This document shows, piece after piece, positions 25,306-35,836 of a DNA stretch of 42,111 nt (its first letter is position 1; every line of letters begins with the position of its first letter). The notes under the pieces are model-generated. The model was not told where the DNA came from. It was given only the letters and a program-made list of their open reading frames with translations, and made no database searches. The position numbers and the translations under genes were made by a program. The stretch comes from a virus (lineage: Duplodnaviria; Caudoviricetes), in IMG/VR virus record IMGVR_UViG_3300032074_000012, positions 1 through 42,111 of that record. The stretch is one strand, 5' to 3'.

Positions 25306-25752
25306 CTATTTATAAAGCGCTGCCAGACCACTTTTAGCGATCACATCTGTAAGAGGGAAGTTTTCGCCTGGGCAGGTATGGCCGTAGACTAATTTTGAAG
25401 CAACAGCCGTTCCTTTCGTCCCTAGCTGACTGTGCCCACACGCCCACAATTTCCCGCCGTAGCGAGAATTGATCAGTTGCATCAGAAGAACGCAACTCGT
25501 CAGTTGGGCCGCGGTGGGCTTATTATTGAGCCCCGGCTCGAGCGCAGCAAAGTCGCCAAATATGGCGATCGCCACGGTTGAGCCATTATATTCTATTGCG
25601 TGCTCTCCTTTTTCCTCCATCGGCACCAACGGCAAAATGGAGCCGTTCTTCATAATCAAGAAATGATAGTCCGTCCCGGTCCAAACCTCGGCCCTGTGTA
25701 AGACTACGCCGTTTGTTACTCTGCGTTCGATTTGGAAGCCTCCGCAACACAT
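25306..25752 (-). CDS. N-acetylmuramoyl-L-alanine amidase (Amidase_2, T7 lysozyme-like endolysin)
   Basis: VVLH, YHFLI..NG, GEHA..YN, GDF, PTAAQL, GH and CPG zinc-site motifs. Confidence 0.85.
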   Translation of the reverse strand: MCCGGFQIERRVTNGVVLHRAEVWTGTDYHFLIMKNGSILPLVPMEEKGEHAIEYNGSTVAIAIFGDFAALEPGLNNKPTAAQLTSCVLLMQLINSRYGGKLWACGHSQLGTKGTAVASKLVYGHTCPGENFPLTDVIAKSGLAALYK

Positions 25753-25926
25753 TCGACTACATCTGCGACGCCGGCCAAAACGGGTTGCGCGCTAACAAAA
25801 AAACCTTTGAGCCAAAGCCAGAATTTGAGCACACGGAATCCTATTTAAGAAAGGGGGCCTGTGTGACCCCGTTTCTTTCAGTGTGCCCGCTATTGATGAG
25901 CCCGCAAGGAAAACTTCAATCTAGAA

Positions 25927-26307
25927 TCAGGTTCCGGTAAAACGAATGTTTACAGCGATGCTGATACTCCCGCTTACAGAGGGTGTAAAAGACACCGAAA
26001 ACGCCCGAGCGTACAAACCTATCGCTGTGCTCACGAGCCCCTGGCCCGCGTGCCCGTTGGCTGAAACCGCCACGCTAATGACACCATCGCCCATTGGCTG
26101 CCCGTTGCCGAAAACAAACTGCGGGGTCAGAAGCGGGTCACCGATGGTCGGATTGAGATACATAGTACCGGCTGCCCCACCTGTGGCTGCAATCTGAGCG
26201 TAGACCCCCGCCACGCCGGAAAGCGAAAGCTGCGGGCCAATAAAGGGAGTGCCCGCCACGACTGGCACGCTTACTGCATAATTTGGGATAAAGACATCTG
26301 TTGCCAT
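25927..26307 (-). CDS. Small beta-rich virion protein
   Basis: AGGA SD; G/A/V/S-rich; end of the structural operon. Confidence 0.65.
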   Translation of the reverse strand: MATDVFIPNYAVSVPVVAGTPFIGPQLSLSGVAGVYAQIAATGGAAGTMYLNPTIGDPLLTPQFVFGNGQPMGDGVISVAVSANGHAGQGLVSTAIGLYARAFSVSFTPSVSGSISIAVNIRFTGT

Positions 26308-26311
26308 GGTT

Positions 26312-28945
26312 TTACATTCCTAGCTGATGCTGTTGGAGGGTGGTGGCATCGGCCGTTACGGCCTGTTGTGTAACTTTAGCGGACTTTGCCCCGCCTGTCG
26401 ATTTAGATCCGCCCGGCCCCTGTTGGCCCTGCTGCGGCTTCGGATCGGGCCCCGCTGTCTCCTGAAGCCTTTTAAGGGCTTTTGGATCGTCGGTGGCGCG
26501 AACATGTGTATTTGTGAAAGTGCTCACCTGCCGCGCAATACGTCCGCTTAGGCGCTTCTTCGACGTTTGGGCTTTATGGGTCAATTCCTGTGTCGCCTGC
26601 TCATACCACGCCGGAAAAACAGTTTTGAGCATTTCTACGGTTTGGGGATCGGCACCAGACAATGCTTCGTCGGTGTTGGCAATGATCCGCCACGTACGCA
26701 TAAACTTAACCTGTTGAGCCCTGGTCGGCGCAAACGTCTGAGGTTGTAGGGTAGGCGCAAAGGGCTTTTTGGGCGTCTGCTGGTCTAGGGCGTGAACGCC
26801 TTTCATGATTGTGGCCGTAACCTGGGCGATTGTGTCGGGGTGGTCTTGAGCGACCGTAGGATACTTTCGCTCGATAGTAGCCCGGACTGCCTCTTGATTG
26901 GTGGCCGCAAAGTTAACCGCGCTAGACGCTGTTTGAAAGTGAGACGTATCATAGCTGGGGGGAATGTTAGACCTTTTGTTTTGCTCCCTATAAAGACGCC
27001 CACCTGCCTCAACAGGGTAGGCGACGGATTTCATAAGGCGTGTGCCATATCTCTCAAACCACGGCCCAATTGTCTTCCGATAATTGGCAAGCTTCGCAAA
27101 CGCATTAACGCCAGCCATGCCCGCTGCAAGCGGATCTGTGATGGCAGCGAGCCCAAGGTAGCGGCCACCGACCGCAATAGTAGCCGGTAGACCGTTTCCG
27201 AAAACGGACTGAATATCCCCGTCGACGTACTGTTTTTGCGGTTTCGGCGGTTTCCACCGAATCGACAATTCGTCCGTATGCGTGTCGCCCTGGACGCCGT
27301 GAACCTTTGTGGAGGTTTCTTTAATGGTGTCGTCTAGCTTGCGCTCTTCTTGCTGAACCCGCTGACTGTTCTCCGTGAGCAAAGAATCCGTTTGGACGTT
27401 TTTGTCTTTATTTACGGTTTCTGTGCCGGTTGTCTGAGTTTCGCTAATCCGGCCCCTTACGGGTTTAGCCTTAGCTCCTTTGACGGGAGGCACCGCCGCA
27501 CCAAAACCTGGAGCTTTAAGATCGCTTTTAGGAACATTCCCTGAAAGCCTTGCATACTCGTCGTTTAGCTCACGGAAGCCCGGCACACCGGTTTCACCTT
27601 CCATGCGAGAAGGGTGCGCTTCAGACAGAAGCTCCTTAATGAGCTCTTTTTCGTTTTGAAGGTCGGATTTGAGCGCCTCGTTTAATTCAACGTGCTGCCC
27701 GGCTTTTATCTTTCTTTCGGCGTCTTGGATGCGAAGCTCGAGCTTGTAGTTTTGATCCCACAAATCCAAGTGACCTTCTGCTTTGCCCAAGTGGTGCTTA
27801 ATAGCCGAGGCCAGCCACCGCTTTGCTTCCTCGGGCGTATGCTCGCTCCAATCAAAATAATTCTTAACCGGAGCCGCTGCCGTAGTATTGATCGGATCGC
27901 GGGTTGCGGTATCCGCGGCCATCTGCTCTTCAGTTTGAGTAACTTTGGGGCGGCTGGTCGTTGTCCTGGTCCCGGTCTTGTTTTTCACCATATCGTCGTC
28001 GGTGACAACAGTACCGGTCTTTTTCTGCTCGCGGTCGAAATCGTTTGTTCTTGTCTTGGTGTCTCTAAGCTCGCGGTTAAAGTCCCTTGCAAGCGTATCG
28101 GTCGTTTCTACATCTTGGCTGACGTTCTTATACTTTTGCGTCCATCCGGCGACCTGGGGACCGACCTGGGGCTGCTGAGGCACAGCGATCTGTTCGTGAT
28201 TAAATACCTTATGCTTCTCTAAGGTATCAATCAGGTCGCCTGTGTTTGATCGGATCGCTTTAGGAATACTGACGACCGTGTGAACTCCGGCGTTAAAAGC
28301 GGCGTTCCAAAGAATATCCGTAAAAGCGGACTGAGCTAAACGCTCCGCTGTAATTGGATGCTTCATTATGGAATCTTCGGTCGCCTGGCTCGATATGCCC
28401 ATCGACGCGGCGGTGCCAAATCCCTGCGCTGTACTGCGAAGGGCTGCCCTTCCAAGATTCGCTAATCTTCCCGTACCGGCTGCCGCTTGAGCTGCTTTAC
28501 CTAAAACTGTAGAGCCTAGGTACTCTCCCGCCTTTGCTTCCGCTGCACCGGCTAAACCTCCGCCGATCATAGAAGCGCCGATACCGGTCAAATCTCCAGC
28601 AAGGGCAGTAGCTTTGTTAGCCTGCGATCCTGTCTGGATATTTAATAAATCGTTACGCCTCCCAGAAAGAGCGAGCCCGGTATTCAAAAGACCGGCGCTT
28701 CCCATGTTTCCCGCGTGAGAGAGAAACGTGCCGACTTTAGTTAAACTGTCGTTTTTTGTGGCCTCGTACTCTGCCTCGGGCCCGATCTTATATCCTTGGG
28801 CTGCAAGGGCTTTTGCCTGGGCACCAGTGGCAAGTTTAAGCCCCTCGCTTTTTGGATCATAGACCATAACCTGGTCGGTATCTTTGATACCGAGGGTAGC
28901 GAGGGTTGGCGCTACATTGTTAGCGGGAACTTCGGTTTCACTCAT
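26312..28945 (-). CDS. Large internal virion/ejection protein
   Basis: 877 aa with Gly/Ala-rich hydrophobic helices; position of podovirus ejection genes. Confidence 0.7.
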   Translation of the reverse strand: MSETEVPANNVAPTLATLGIKDTDQVMVYDPKSEGLKLATGAQAKALAAQGYKIGPEAEYEATKNDSLTKVGTFLSHAGNMGSAGLLNTGLALSGRRNDLLNIQTGSQANKATALAGDLTGIGASMIGGGLAGAAEAKAGEYLGSTVLGKAAQAAAGTGRLANLGRAALRSTAQGFGTAASMGISSQATEDSIMKHPITAERLAQSAFTDILWNAAFNAGVHTVVSIPKAIRSNTGDLIDTLEKHKVFNHEQIAVPQQPQVGPQVAGWTQKYKNVSQDVETTDTLARDFNRELRDTKTRTNDFDREQKKTGTVVTDDDMVKNKTGTRTTTSRPKVTQTEEQMAADTATRDPINTTAAAPVKNYFDWSEHTPEEAKRWLASAIKHHLGKAEGHLDLWDQNYKLELRIQDAERKIKAGQHVELNEALKSDLQNEKELIKELLSEAHPSRMEGETGVPGFRELNDEYARLSGNVPKSDLKAPGFGAAVPPVKGAKAKPVRGRISETQTTGTETVNKDKNVQTDSLLTENSQRVQQEERKLDDTIKETSTKVHGVQGDTHTDELSIRWKPPKPQKQYVDGDIQSVFGNGLPATIAVGGRYLGLAAITDPLAAGMAGVNAFAKLANYRKTIGPWFERYGTRLMKSVAYPVEAGGRLYREQNKRSNIPPSYDTSHFQTASSAVNFAATNQEAVRATIERKYPTVAQDHPDTIAQVTATIMKGVHALDQQTPKKPFAPTLQPQTFAPTRAQQVKFMRTWRIIANTDEALSGADPQTVEMLKTVFPAWYEQATQELTHKAQTSKKRLSGRIARQVSTFTNTHVRATDDPKALKRLQETAGPDPKPQQGQQGPGGSKSTGGAKSAKVTQQAVTADATTLQQHQLGM

Positions 28946-30756
28946 CCTGCAAACCTTTCGTCCGGAGGCTGCGCAACAGCGGGAGGAGCATTGCCTGTAC
29001 CATCGGCGTTAGGGAGGGCGTCTAGGGCAGATTGGCCCCCAGCCCTCGCATTTGTGCCGTTTGCCGTCATTGCGGCGGTTTCCTGATCACCGATCAAAGC
29101 GTTCTCGGGTTTGCGCCACGGAGCCATAAGCGGATCGTTCTCATCGGGAGAGACAGTGCCCGGTGCAACCGACATAACTGCTGTATCCGTGCCCTCCGTG
29201 ATCAAGAATCGGATTGCGTTCAGTTTAGCCCGCAAGCCGTTAAGTTTCTCGGCATTGAGCACGGACGACAAAGCGACCTCACCGGGGTAGGCTTTCAGCT
29301 GTTGGATAATAGCTTGCTCGCCTTCCTCGATCCGCGTCCCTGTCTCCAAATAATCTCGGGCGCCCTTAAACGCCTGGGCGTCAACGGTTAGCAACTGCCG
29401 GAACTTTTCGACCGTCATTGGGGAGTTGAGCATGTTGTCGATATGATTCATAGATTGAATCATTTGACGACCACCGCTTACAAGCTTGGTCACGCGACCA
29501 TGTTCAGCGTTAATGGGGATGTAGCCCTTATAGCCGAGAACGCCGTGCTCAAGCTGCTTCTGCGCCTCTTTTTGCTTAATTGCCACCTGCGCAACCTCGA
29601 TTGCCTTTTGGCGACCGATAAGCTGCAAAGCCTTTTGCTTGTTAGCCATGTAGGTTTGGCCGATAGCGGCGTCGCGTACATTTTGCTCTTCTTTTATCTT
29701 AGCCGCTTGTGTTTCAACAGCTGCCTTCCATTTCGGATCGGCATACTGATTTGCGATAGATCTTAACATGCCAGTGTAAGATTCGAGCGCCATGTTTTTT
29801 AACGTGCCGCTGACAGCTTGAGCGTTTTGCAAACGTTGCTGCAACATACCGTAAATTGTATGGCTCGCCTCGCCTGTCGCCTTAAGATTCTCAAAACGCG
29901 TCTTTTGCGCCGCAACAGCACGATCTGCCAATGCGTTGATCATCTCGAGATTGTGATTAGCATGATTGCCATTGACGCCATATCCGCCGAAAAAGATCGA
30001 AGCGGCCCCTAGCACCTTATTGACGCCAGACTGACCCCAAATGTCTTGCGGCTGGGCGAGCGCCATTGTTTTCATTTCCTCTTGCACCTGCTTGTACTCG
30101 GCAAGAGCGGCCTTTCCTTCCTGATCGACCTCTTCCGCCGCTGCGTGCAGTTCGTTGTAATTCTGCTCGATACGCTGGTGGAGGATATCTTCGGGCTTTT
30201 GTGACGCCACCTGAATATCGTGCTCCACTTTGGCAGTATCGGCCGCAGCCCTCCGGTTAGCGGCAGAGATGCCTGCGCTCTCCTTTAGGTCGGAGTTTCG
30301 CTTATCCAAAGCTTCTTGAGCCAAAGCTTGCGGAGTGAGCGGAAGACCGTCCGGGCCCAAAATGGTGTCGTCGGAAGGCAACTCAGCCGGAATGGTCGGA
30401 TCGACTGTCTCGGGAGTTAACGCGCCCCCGGGGACCGCAGTAGCAGGGACGGGCGTAACGACAGCCTGAGCGGCATTAGCTGGTGCTCCAACGGGAGTAG
30501 CCAGGGCCGTGGTGAGCCCGTGCTTCTGCCTCAAAGCGTAGGATTCTTGGTCTTTGGCAAGATCCTGATTCTGGGCAGCAAGAACGGATGCAGCCGCGTC
30601 TTTTACGTTTTGATTGCTAAACGGCGAGTTGTTTAGGGGAGCCAGCTGGGCCTGGGCTTGGGCCTGTATAGGCGTCAAAGCGTCCGAAGCCTGAGCATCG
30701 GACTTTGGAACGCCTAAGTACGCCTGGGCCAAGGATCTGATCAGTTCTGGTGTCAT
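28942..30756 (-). CDS. Internal virion/ejection protein (coiled-coil)
   Basis: A/Q-rich helical protein; ATG 30756 in ATGA overlap. Confidence 0.7.
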   Translation of the reverse strand: MTPELIRSLAQAYLGVPKSDAQASDALTPIQAQAQAQLAPLNNSPFSNQNVKDAAASVLAAQNQDLAKDQESYALRQKHGLTTALATPVGAPANAAQAVVTPVPATAVPGGALTPETVDPTIPAELPSDDTILGPDGLPLTPQALAQEALDKRNSDLKESAGISAANRRAAADTAKVEHDIQVASQKPEDILHQRIEQNYNELHAAAEEVDQEGKAALAEYKQVQEEMKTMALAQPQDIWGQSGVNKVLGAASIFFGGYGVNGNHANHNLEMINALADRAVAAQKTRFENLKATGEASHTIYGMLQQRLQNAQAVSGTLKNMALESYTGMLRSIANQYADPKWKAAVETQAAKIKEEQNVRDAAIGQTYMANKQKALQLIGRQKAIEVAQVAIKQKEAQKQLEHGVLGYKGYIPINAEHGRVTKLVSGGRQMIQSMNHIDNMLNSPMTVEKFRQLLTVDAQAFKGARDYLETGTRIEEGEQAIIQQLKAYPGEVALSSVLNAEKLNGLRAKLNAIRFLITEGTDTAVMSVAPGTVSPDENDPLMAPWRKPENALIGDQETAAMTANGTNARAGGQSALDALPNADGTGNAPPAVAQPPDERFAG

Positions 30757-31076
30757 ATGAGTGCCAACGCGACCGGAGCCGCTTTTGCGATGATACCGCC
30801 CAATGCGCCCCAAAAGCCGCCGCCGTCGTCTTTCTTCTTAGCTGCGTCCGCTTCGAGCTTTTGTTGAACGGTTTCTTGATAGCCCTTAACGCTATCCGCG
30901 GTAGACTGCTGGCTCGCTTTCAGCTGTTCTTGCAAAGCTGCCAAATATGCCTGTTGTCCGGCGTTTGGACCGTCCGCGACGCCCATCTGCTGCATTGGCT
31001 GATACTGCTGCATAGGCTGCATCCGCTGGATAGTGGGCACGAGCCCCTGAGAATATGGCTGTTGGTAAGCGTCCAT
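30753..31076 (-). CDS. Small Q-rich protein with C-terminal hydrophobic helix (pilot-like)
   Basis: GAGG SD; GGGFWGALGGIIAKAAPVALALI. Confidence 0.7.
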   Translation of the reverse strand: MDAYQQPYSQGLVPTIQRMQPMQQYQPMQQMGVADGPNAGQQAYLAALQEQLKASQQSTADSVKGYQETVQQKLEADAAKKKDDGGGFWGALGGIIAKAAPVALALI

Positions 31077-31084
31077 GTTTTACC

Positions 31085-31870
31085 TCAAGACTGATTCTGT
31101 TTTGCGTTTGCGCTAATGTTGGTGATCCCGTTCATAAAAGCCGCTACATCGTTACCGGCTGCGGCATACTGAGCGGTATTCGCTGCTGACTGGCCTGCGA
31201 CGTTTGCCATGCTCGCCGCGTAATTCGTGGCGTTATTGGCGGTGTTGTTCGCCTGCGTCGTATTGTTCGCGGTCGTCTGATACCCGAGATTTGCAACGTG
31301 CTGGTTGTAATCTTGCAAACCGAGGTTTTGCTGCGTCTGGGTCATGCCGGCAGCGGTCTGGCCCATGTTACCCAAAAGGGTTGAGTAATTGTTTTGGGCG
31401 GTCGAAAGCTCTTGGGCGCGATTAGCCTGGCCCGTCGAAACAATCCCGGCGTTTTGGAGCGCTTGGGCATTTAGCATGTTTCGCTGAGACAAACCGGGGC
31501 TTACTCCTCCTTGTTGGGAGAGCATGGCGGACTGGACGGAATTGTTCGCCTGGCCCAAACCCGCCTGCATTTGCAAGTCGGCCATAGACGGCGCGTTCCC
31601 CGTCGCCTGGTTATAAAGCATCCCCGCCGCAGTCTGCTGGTCGTTGTAGTTGGCCTGTTGGTATTGAAACTGATTTTGGGCCCCCTGCATGTAATTGGTG
31701 TTAGCAATGTTGCCGGAGTAATTTTGCAGATTCTGCTGATTACTCTGCCAATTTTGCAAAGCGGCCTGGTTGTTCGCAGCTTGAGCCGCCGCTGCTTGAT
31801 TTGCCGCGTCTGCTTCCCAAGTGCTATTAATGCCTGCGGAGCCCAAAAGGGCGTTTCCAAAAGAAGACAT
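31085..31870 (-). CDS. Q/N/A-rich DNA ejection (pilot) protein
   Basis: Low-complexity Q/N/A sequence with GNAPSMADLQMQ; follows the nozzle gene. Confidence 0.7.
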   Translation of the reverse strand: MSSFGNALLGSAGINSTWEADAANQAAAAQAANNQAALQNWQSNQQNLQNYSGNIANTNYMQGAQNQFQYQQANYNDQQTAAGMLYNQATGNAPSMADLQMQAGLGQANNSVQSAMLSQQGGVSPGLSQRNMLNAQALQNAGIVSTGQANRAQELSTAQNNYSTLLGNMGQTAAGMTQTQQNLGLQDYNQHVANLGYQTTANNTTQANNTANNATNYAASMANVAGQSAANTAQYAAAGNDVAAFMNGITNISANAKQNQS

Positions 31871-31873
31871 GGG

Positions 31874-34800
31874 TTAAACCGTTTTCTGGCTGGCGAGTTT
31901 CGCAAGCCCGTTTTTGGAGCCAACCTCGAGTGCTATAGTAGAAATAGCACAAGACTGACCTACTGTTCCAGATTCCGTGATCTTTATCCGAAGCGTCTGC
32001 ATGACGGATCGGGGCAGTCGGGAGCACCTAAACTGATAAACAGCGTCACCGGAGACAAGCCCCGTTTTTGTATCAAAATTGACCGAATCGGGATAATCCG
32101 TCTGGTGATCGTAAGCAAATGAAATGTTAAGAACATGATCGGAATAGAAGTCGCCTAGCAAAGCCATTCGATAAGCCCGGCCCCAGCCCTGCACGCCGCC
32201 AGCGCCTACAGGTATTTCAGGTGTCTCCAAAGTGAGCACAATGGGCGCACCATCGTCTGTGTAGGCGTCGGGCGTCTCCCGGTAAACTTTAGTGCCATCG
32301 GCCGAAATCCACCAATAGCTGTCCAACATGCTCCGAGCGCTCACAGACGCCATGTTCGAGAAGGTAGACCAGACGCCTCGCTTATAGTCGAAAACGAGCA
32401 CAGGCTTACCTGCCGTCTGGGGCACGAACCTAACCTGCGTAAATCGCGGGACGAGGACCGTAGAGGAAATGGGCCCCAAATCGCGCAAGAGCGGCTCTAC
32501 TGGCGCGCCGATGTAACTTACCTGAAGGCTCCGGTTTATCATTTCGATGCCTCGCCTCGAGCGAAACAGAATTCCGTCCGGAACCGTTACAATGCTAGAA
32601 GGCTCGATACATCCGACGTCTGCGGTGATTCTTTGGAAAGTGCTGAAACTGCCGTCTCCCTTGTTGTCTGGGCCGTCCCCGGAGAAATAAACAATCTGGT
32701 CCTCTTTAAAGACAATAACGTTCGAATCAAGGAGAGCCACGGCTGTAAAGAGAGCGGTGCTATTTCCTTCTGACAATACGTTATTGGCCGAGAACTCGAC
32801 TGTGCGCCCAGAGCTAAAGGTTTTGGAAAACCAGATCGTATTGCGCGCATCGGAAGGAATCATAAATACGCGCGTCTCGCCCACCGCGGCGTGGTGAACG
32901 GCTGGGGGCGGATCGTTTGGCAATTCGCTTGCGTCTGTGTAAACGATCCGGTTTTTTGTAATCGACGTGTTGGTGCTCGGCATCGTGCTGCCGTCGCCTG
33001 TTCTGTCCGTAAATGGCTGGCCGTTTGCTGCCTGGCCAATAAAATAGTGTGAGCCTGTTACGTTCTGTGTTGACCGATAATACTCGATCATTACGTTCCC
33101 ACCGCCGTTGTAGTTGTAGGCCGGGAATTGAACCGTATTGAAAGCGTTAGGGCAGGGCGCAGTAATCACGGGGCTGGGCGAGGAACGGTAAACGTTCCCG
33201 TAAGCGTCGCGTCTCACAAAACAAATCACATAGTAGTATTCAATGTATCCAGACGTAGTAATAGCTGACGCGCCGCCTGCAAGGCCCGAGGCGGCGGAGC
33301 CTACATACGGAATGTAATTTGTGGCGCTTACCAAGGAGGATTGAATTTGATCCCCTGAGGGCGGAAAGCTAAAACCTGCCTCGCTTACTGACACGCCATC
33401 ATAAAGGAACGGATATGCCCCTGCGCCTAAAACGCCCCCCGTCGGCAGGGATATTAACTGGGTTGAGCGCGTAGGAGCAAAATCAAACTCAACGCGGTTT
33501 AGGGCGCCGTAGGTGTGATAAGACTTTGTTGTCTTTTCGAGCGAGGAAGAGAGAAACGTAACGTATTTCGACGTTCCGGCAACTTTGACCACATCGCACG
33601 GGACTGTCATGTCTCCGTTCGTTATGTGTGCGTTTCTCATATATAAGGTGCGGCACACTGTAGCGACACTGTTTTTCGCAAAGTCGAATTCCGCGAGATA
33701 TGCGCCATTATACACATCGTCGCTGGAAGGCGCTCCTGCTCCCGTCCACACATAAATCTTGCTGTTCTCCGCAATTGTGAACAAACGGCTCAACACCTGC
33801 GTGTAGCTCGAGTTTACGGGCGATGCATACTGTAGCCAAGTCGTTACCTTCGTCGAGAGGTTCAGCCGCATAACCCCTGTTTGCATTCCCACAAGCGAAC
33901 GGCTGCCAACCCATAGCGCGGTCCCATCTGGAAGCCATTTACAGTCTACTGGCAGAGGTTGCAGGCTGCCCGTAGCAATGTCCGTTTTTGTCATCACGTA
34001 AGAAGACGTGTAGTAAACGAGACAATCGCCCGTTGCCACCAAATACGGCGTCGCAGCTGGCCCATCGCAGCGAACGGCGCATCTTTGATAGGATATAGCT
34101 TGTGTGGTGGCAAACGACTTAACTTGCGTAAGATTAAGACTGCCGTTCGCTGCCACAGCGCCCATACATATGCTAAACGTCTGTCGGTCGGAGAGTGACG
34201 GTCCAACGGAGCTAATAAAGATTCCGTTTGCGATGTGAACATCATATCCGTACGGACCGGGCGAATTAGAAACTGCAACGCTTGTAGTTTGGCCGGTGAA
34301 AATGCTTGCTGTATCGCTAACTGTAAAGCCCCCGGAGAGGTTGGTCAGGGGCAGCAATCCGTAGCCAAGCTGCGAATAATAGTTAAGCGACGCATCTTGG
34401 GTCACGACAAGGTAAAAAATGTAAAAGCTACCGTTATAGTATCTTACGCTAGGACATTGCTGGCCGATGTATGTATTGGCTCCGCCGACGTAAGTATTCC
34501 TAGGGATAGGAGTGGGCGGAATAATCCAAGTGCCCGTAGCTAGGTCTTGCACGCCATAATAGCAAAGCGCGCATGTTGCGTTAGGTTCTTGCCAAGTTAC
34601 GCAAACATACTGTGTCCCGTCGGTTGCGCAAGAAGGATCGGAAGGCGGCCACGGGAACAGTGTTTGCCCGCTAGATCCTGCCACCTGCTTAACGTCTACG
34701 CGCCCTTGCGTGGGCGTAGGCATGGACGTACTCAACCTTTGAGCAACGTTATACTTATTAAGGGTGTTTGCGCCCAAAATGAGAGGCTCGATCCCGTCAC

Positions 34801-35032
34801 GAATTCCGATAGCTTTGAAGGGCCCCCCTTGCAACGGAGCCCCCTGGGGATTAATCGATTCACAACCGAAGCGTTTGGTCACTTGGCCATCTACAGCACC
34901 GAAAACTACATTATCGGCCGTTTTCAGCTGCCCGTTGGCTAATTGGTGCGGGTCTTGCTTTGCGTTGATACCGCCAGTTAGACCAACTTTTACGAAGGCT
35001 TTTGTGACGGGGAGATCGGTGCTTTTCGCCAT
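31874..35032 (-). CDS. Tail nozzle/hub (P22 gp10 / T7 gp12-like)
   Basis: About 1050 aa and beta-rich; N-terminal GGIN..DP, IWFSK, VIVFKE and VGCIEPSSI; likely ATG 35032. Confidence 0.75.
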   Translation of the reverse strand: MAKSTDLPVTKAFVKVGLTGGINAKQDPHQLANGQLKTADNVVFGAVDGQVTKRFGCESINPQGAPLQGGPFKAIGIRDGIEPLILGANTLNKYNVAQRLSTSMPTPTQGRVDVKQVAGSSGQTLFPWPPSDPSCATDGTQYVCVTWQEPNATCALCYYGVQDLATGTWIIPPTPIPRNTYVGGANTYIGQQCPSVRYYNGSFYIFYLVVTQDASLNYYSQLGYGLLPLTNLSGGFTVSDTASIFTGQTTSVAVSNSPGPYGYDVHIANGIFISSVGPSLSDRQTFSICMGAVAANGSLNLTQVKSFATTQAISYQRCAVRCDGPAATPYLVATGDCLVYYTSSYVMTKTDIATGSLQPLPVDCKWLPDGTALWVGSRSLVGMQTGVMRLNLSTKVTTWLQYASPVNSSYTQVLSRLFTIAENSKIYVWTGAGAPSSDDVYNGAYLAEFDFAKNSVATVCRTLYMRNAHITNGDMTVPCDVVKVAGTSKYVTFLSSSLEKTTKSYHTYGALNRVEFDFAPTRSTQLISLPTGGVLGAGAYPFLYDGVSVSEAGFSFPPSGDQIQSSLVSATNYIPYVGSAASGLAGGASAITTSGYIEYYYVICFVRRDAYGNVYRSSPSPVITAPCPNAFNTVQFPAYNYNGGGNVMIEYYRSTQNVTGSHYFIGQAANGQPFTDRTGDGSTMPSTNTSITKNRIVYTDASELPNDPPPAVHHAAVGETRVFMIPSDARNTIWFSKTFSSGRTVEFSANNVLSEGNSTALFTAVALLDSNVIVFKEDQIVYFSGDGPDNKGDGSFSTFQRITADVGCIEPSSIVTVPDGILFRSRRGIEMINRSLQVSYIGAPVEPLLRDLGPISSTVLVPRFTQVRFVPQTAGKPVLVFDYKRGVWSTFSNMASVSARSMLDSYWWISADGTKVYRETPDAYTDDGAPIVLTLETPEIPVGAGGVQGWGRAYRMALLGDFYSDHVLNISFAYDHQTDYPDSVNFDTKTGLVSGDAVYQFRCSRLPRSVMQTLRIKITESGTVGQSCAISTIALEVGSKNGLAKLASQKTV

Positions 35033-35033
35033 G

Positions 35034-35834
35034 TTATGCTCCAAACTCTACGATTAGGCCGAATTGTATGCTGAACGAATATCCTGTGCCTACGTAGCAA
35101 CCCATGCCCAAATAATCGCCCGCATTGAAGGCGTACGTTCCCTTGGCAAAGGTGATAGGAGACGAAGGAATGGAATTGTTGGCTTTTATACCCGTCGTAT
35201 CAATAATCTGGCCCGTTGTGCCGCCCATGTTGTTTTTGAAAACCTGGAGTGTCACGTCTGCCGTGATTGTGTTTGTCATTAATGCGCTGATTCCGACGAT
35301 AGAGCCGGAAAACGGCATGTATGCGTTTGCAAACACGTAAGCTGGCGAACTGTTGACCGTATTGATCACCGGACGATAGGCGCGCACAATCCCGCCCTGC
35401 GTCGATTGCCGCCATTGCGTGCCCATGTCGATATAAGACTTAAACCCGCTTTGGCTCGTAACGCTTAGAGCCTGCACACTATTAGCGGCGATTGTACCGT
35501 CCGAAACAATTGGGCCGGTTGCACTCAAGCTGCCGTAAAGCTTAACGGGGGCGTTATATTGCGGCAACGTAGAGGTTGCAGGGTCGCCTATGACAACGAT
35601 GCTACCTCCTGTGCTTTGCGTGTCTCCGTGGATTTGAAGAGCGGGAGCTTGTAGCGAGTAAGGAGTGCCGGCTCCGCGCAATTGCTGTAATTGCGGCGAA
35701 AGCACCAGCTGCGGCGAAGATTCGACGGTTCCGTTGGCTTGACCCAAAAGCTGGTCAACGGCGTTGGCTAGGTTGTCTTGGACGGTGGAAAGCTCATAAT
35801 CCTTCGGGCGGATTCTTTTTACTTTTGAGTCCAT
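35034..35834 (-). CDS. Tail-associated protein (short fibre/needle-like)
   Basis: N-terminal helix VQDNLANAVDQL then a beta-rich domain; lies between adaptor and nozzle. Confidence 0.6.
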   Translation of the reverse strand: MDSKVKRIRPKDYELSTVQDNLANAVDQLLGQANGTVESSPQLVLSPQLQQLRGAGTPYSLQAPALQIHGDTQSTGGSIVVIGDPATSTLPQYNAPVKLYGSLSATGPIVSDGTIAANSVQALSVTSQSGFKSYIDMGTQWRQSTQGGIVRAYRPVINTVNSSPAYVFANAYMPFSGSIVGISALMTNTITADVTLQVFKNNMGGTTGQIIDTTGIKANNSIPSSPITFAKGTYAFNAGDYLGMGCYVGTGYSFSIQFGLIVEFGA

Positions 35835-35836
35835 TT

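Noticed and set aside
25870-25935. Hammerhead-like TTGATGAG-CCC-GCAA-GG-AAAAC
   Set aside because: Lacks the C-GAAA closure of stem II, and stems I and III cannot be formed properly.
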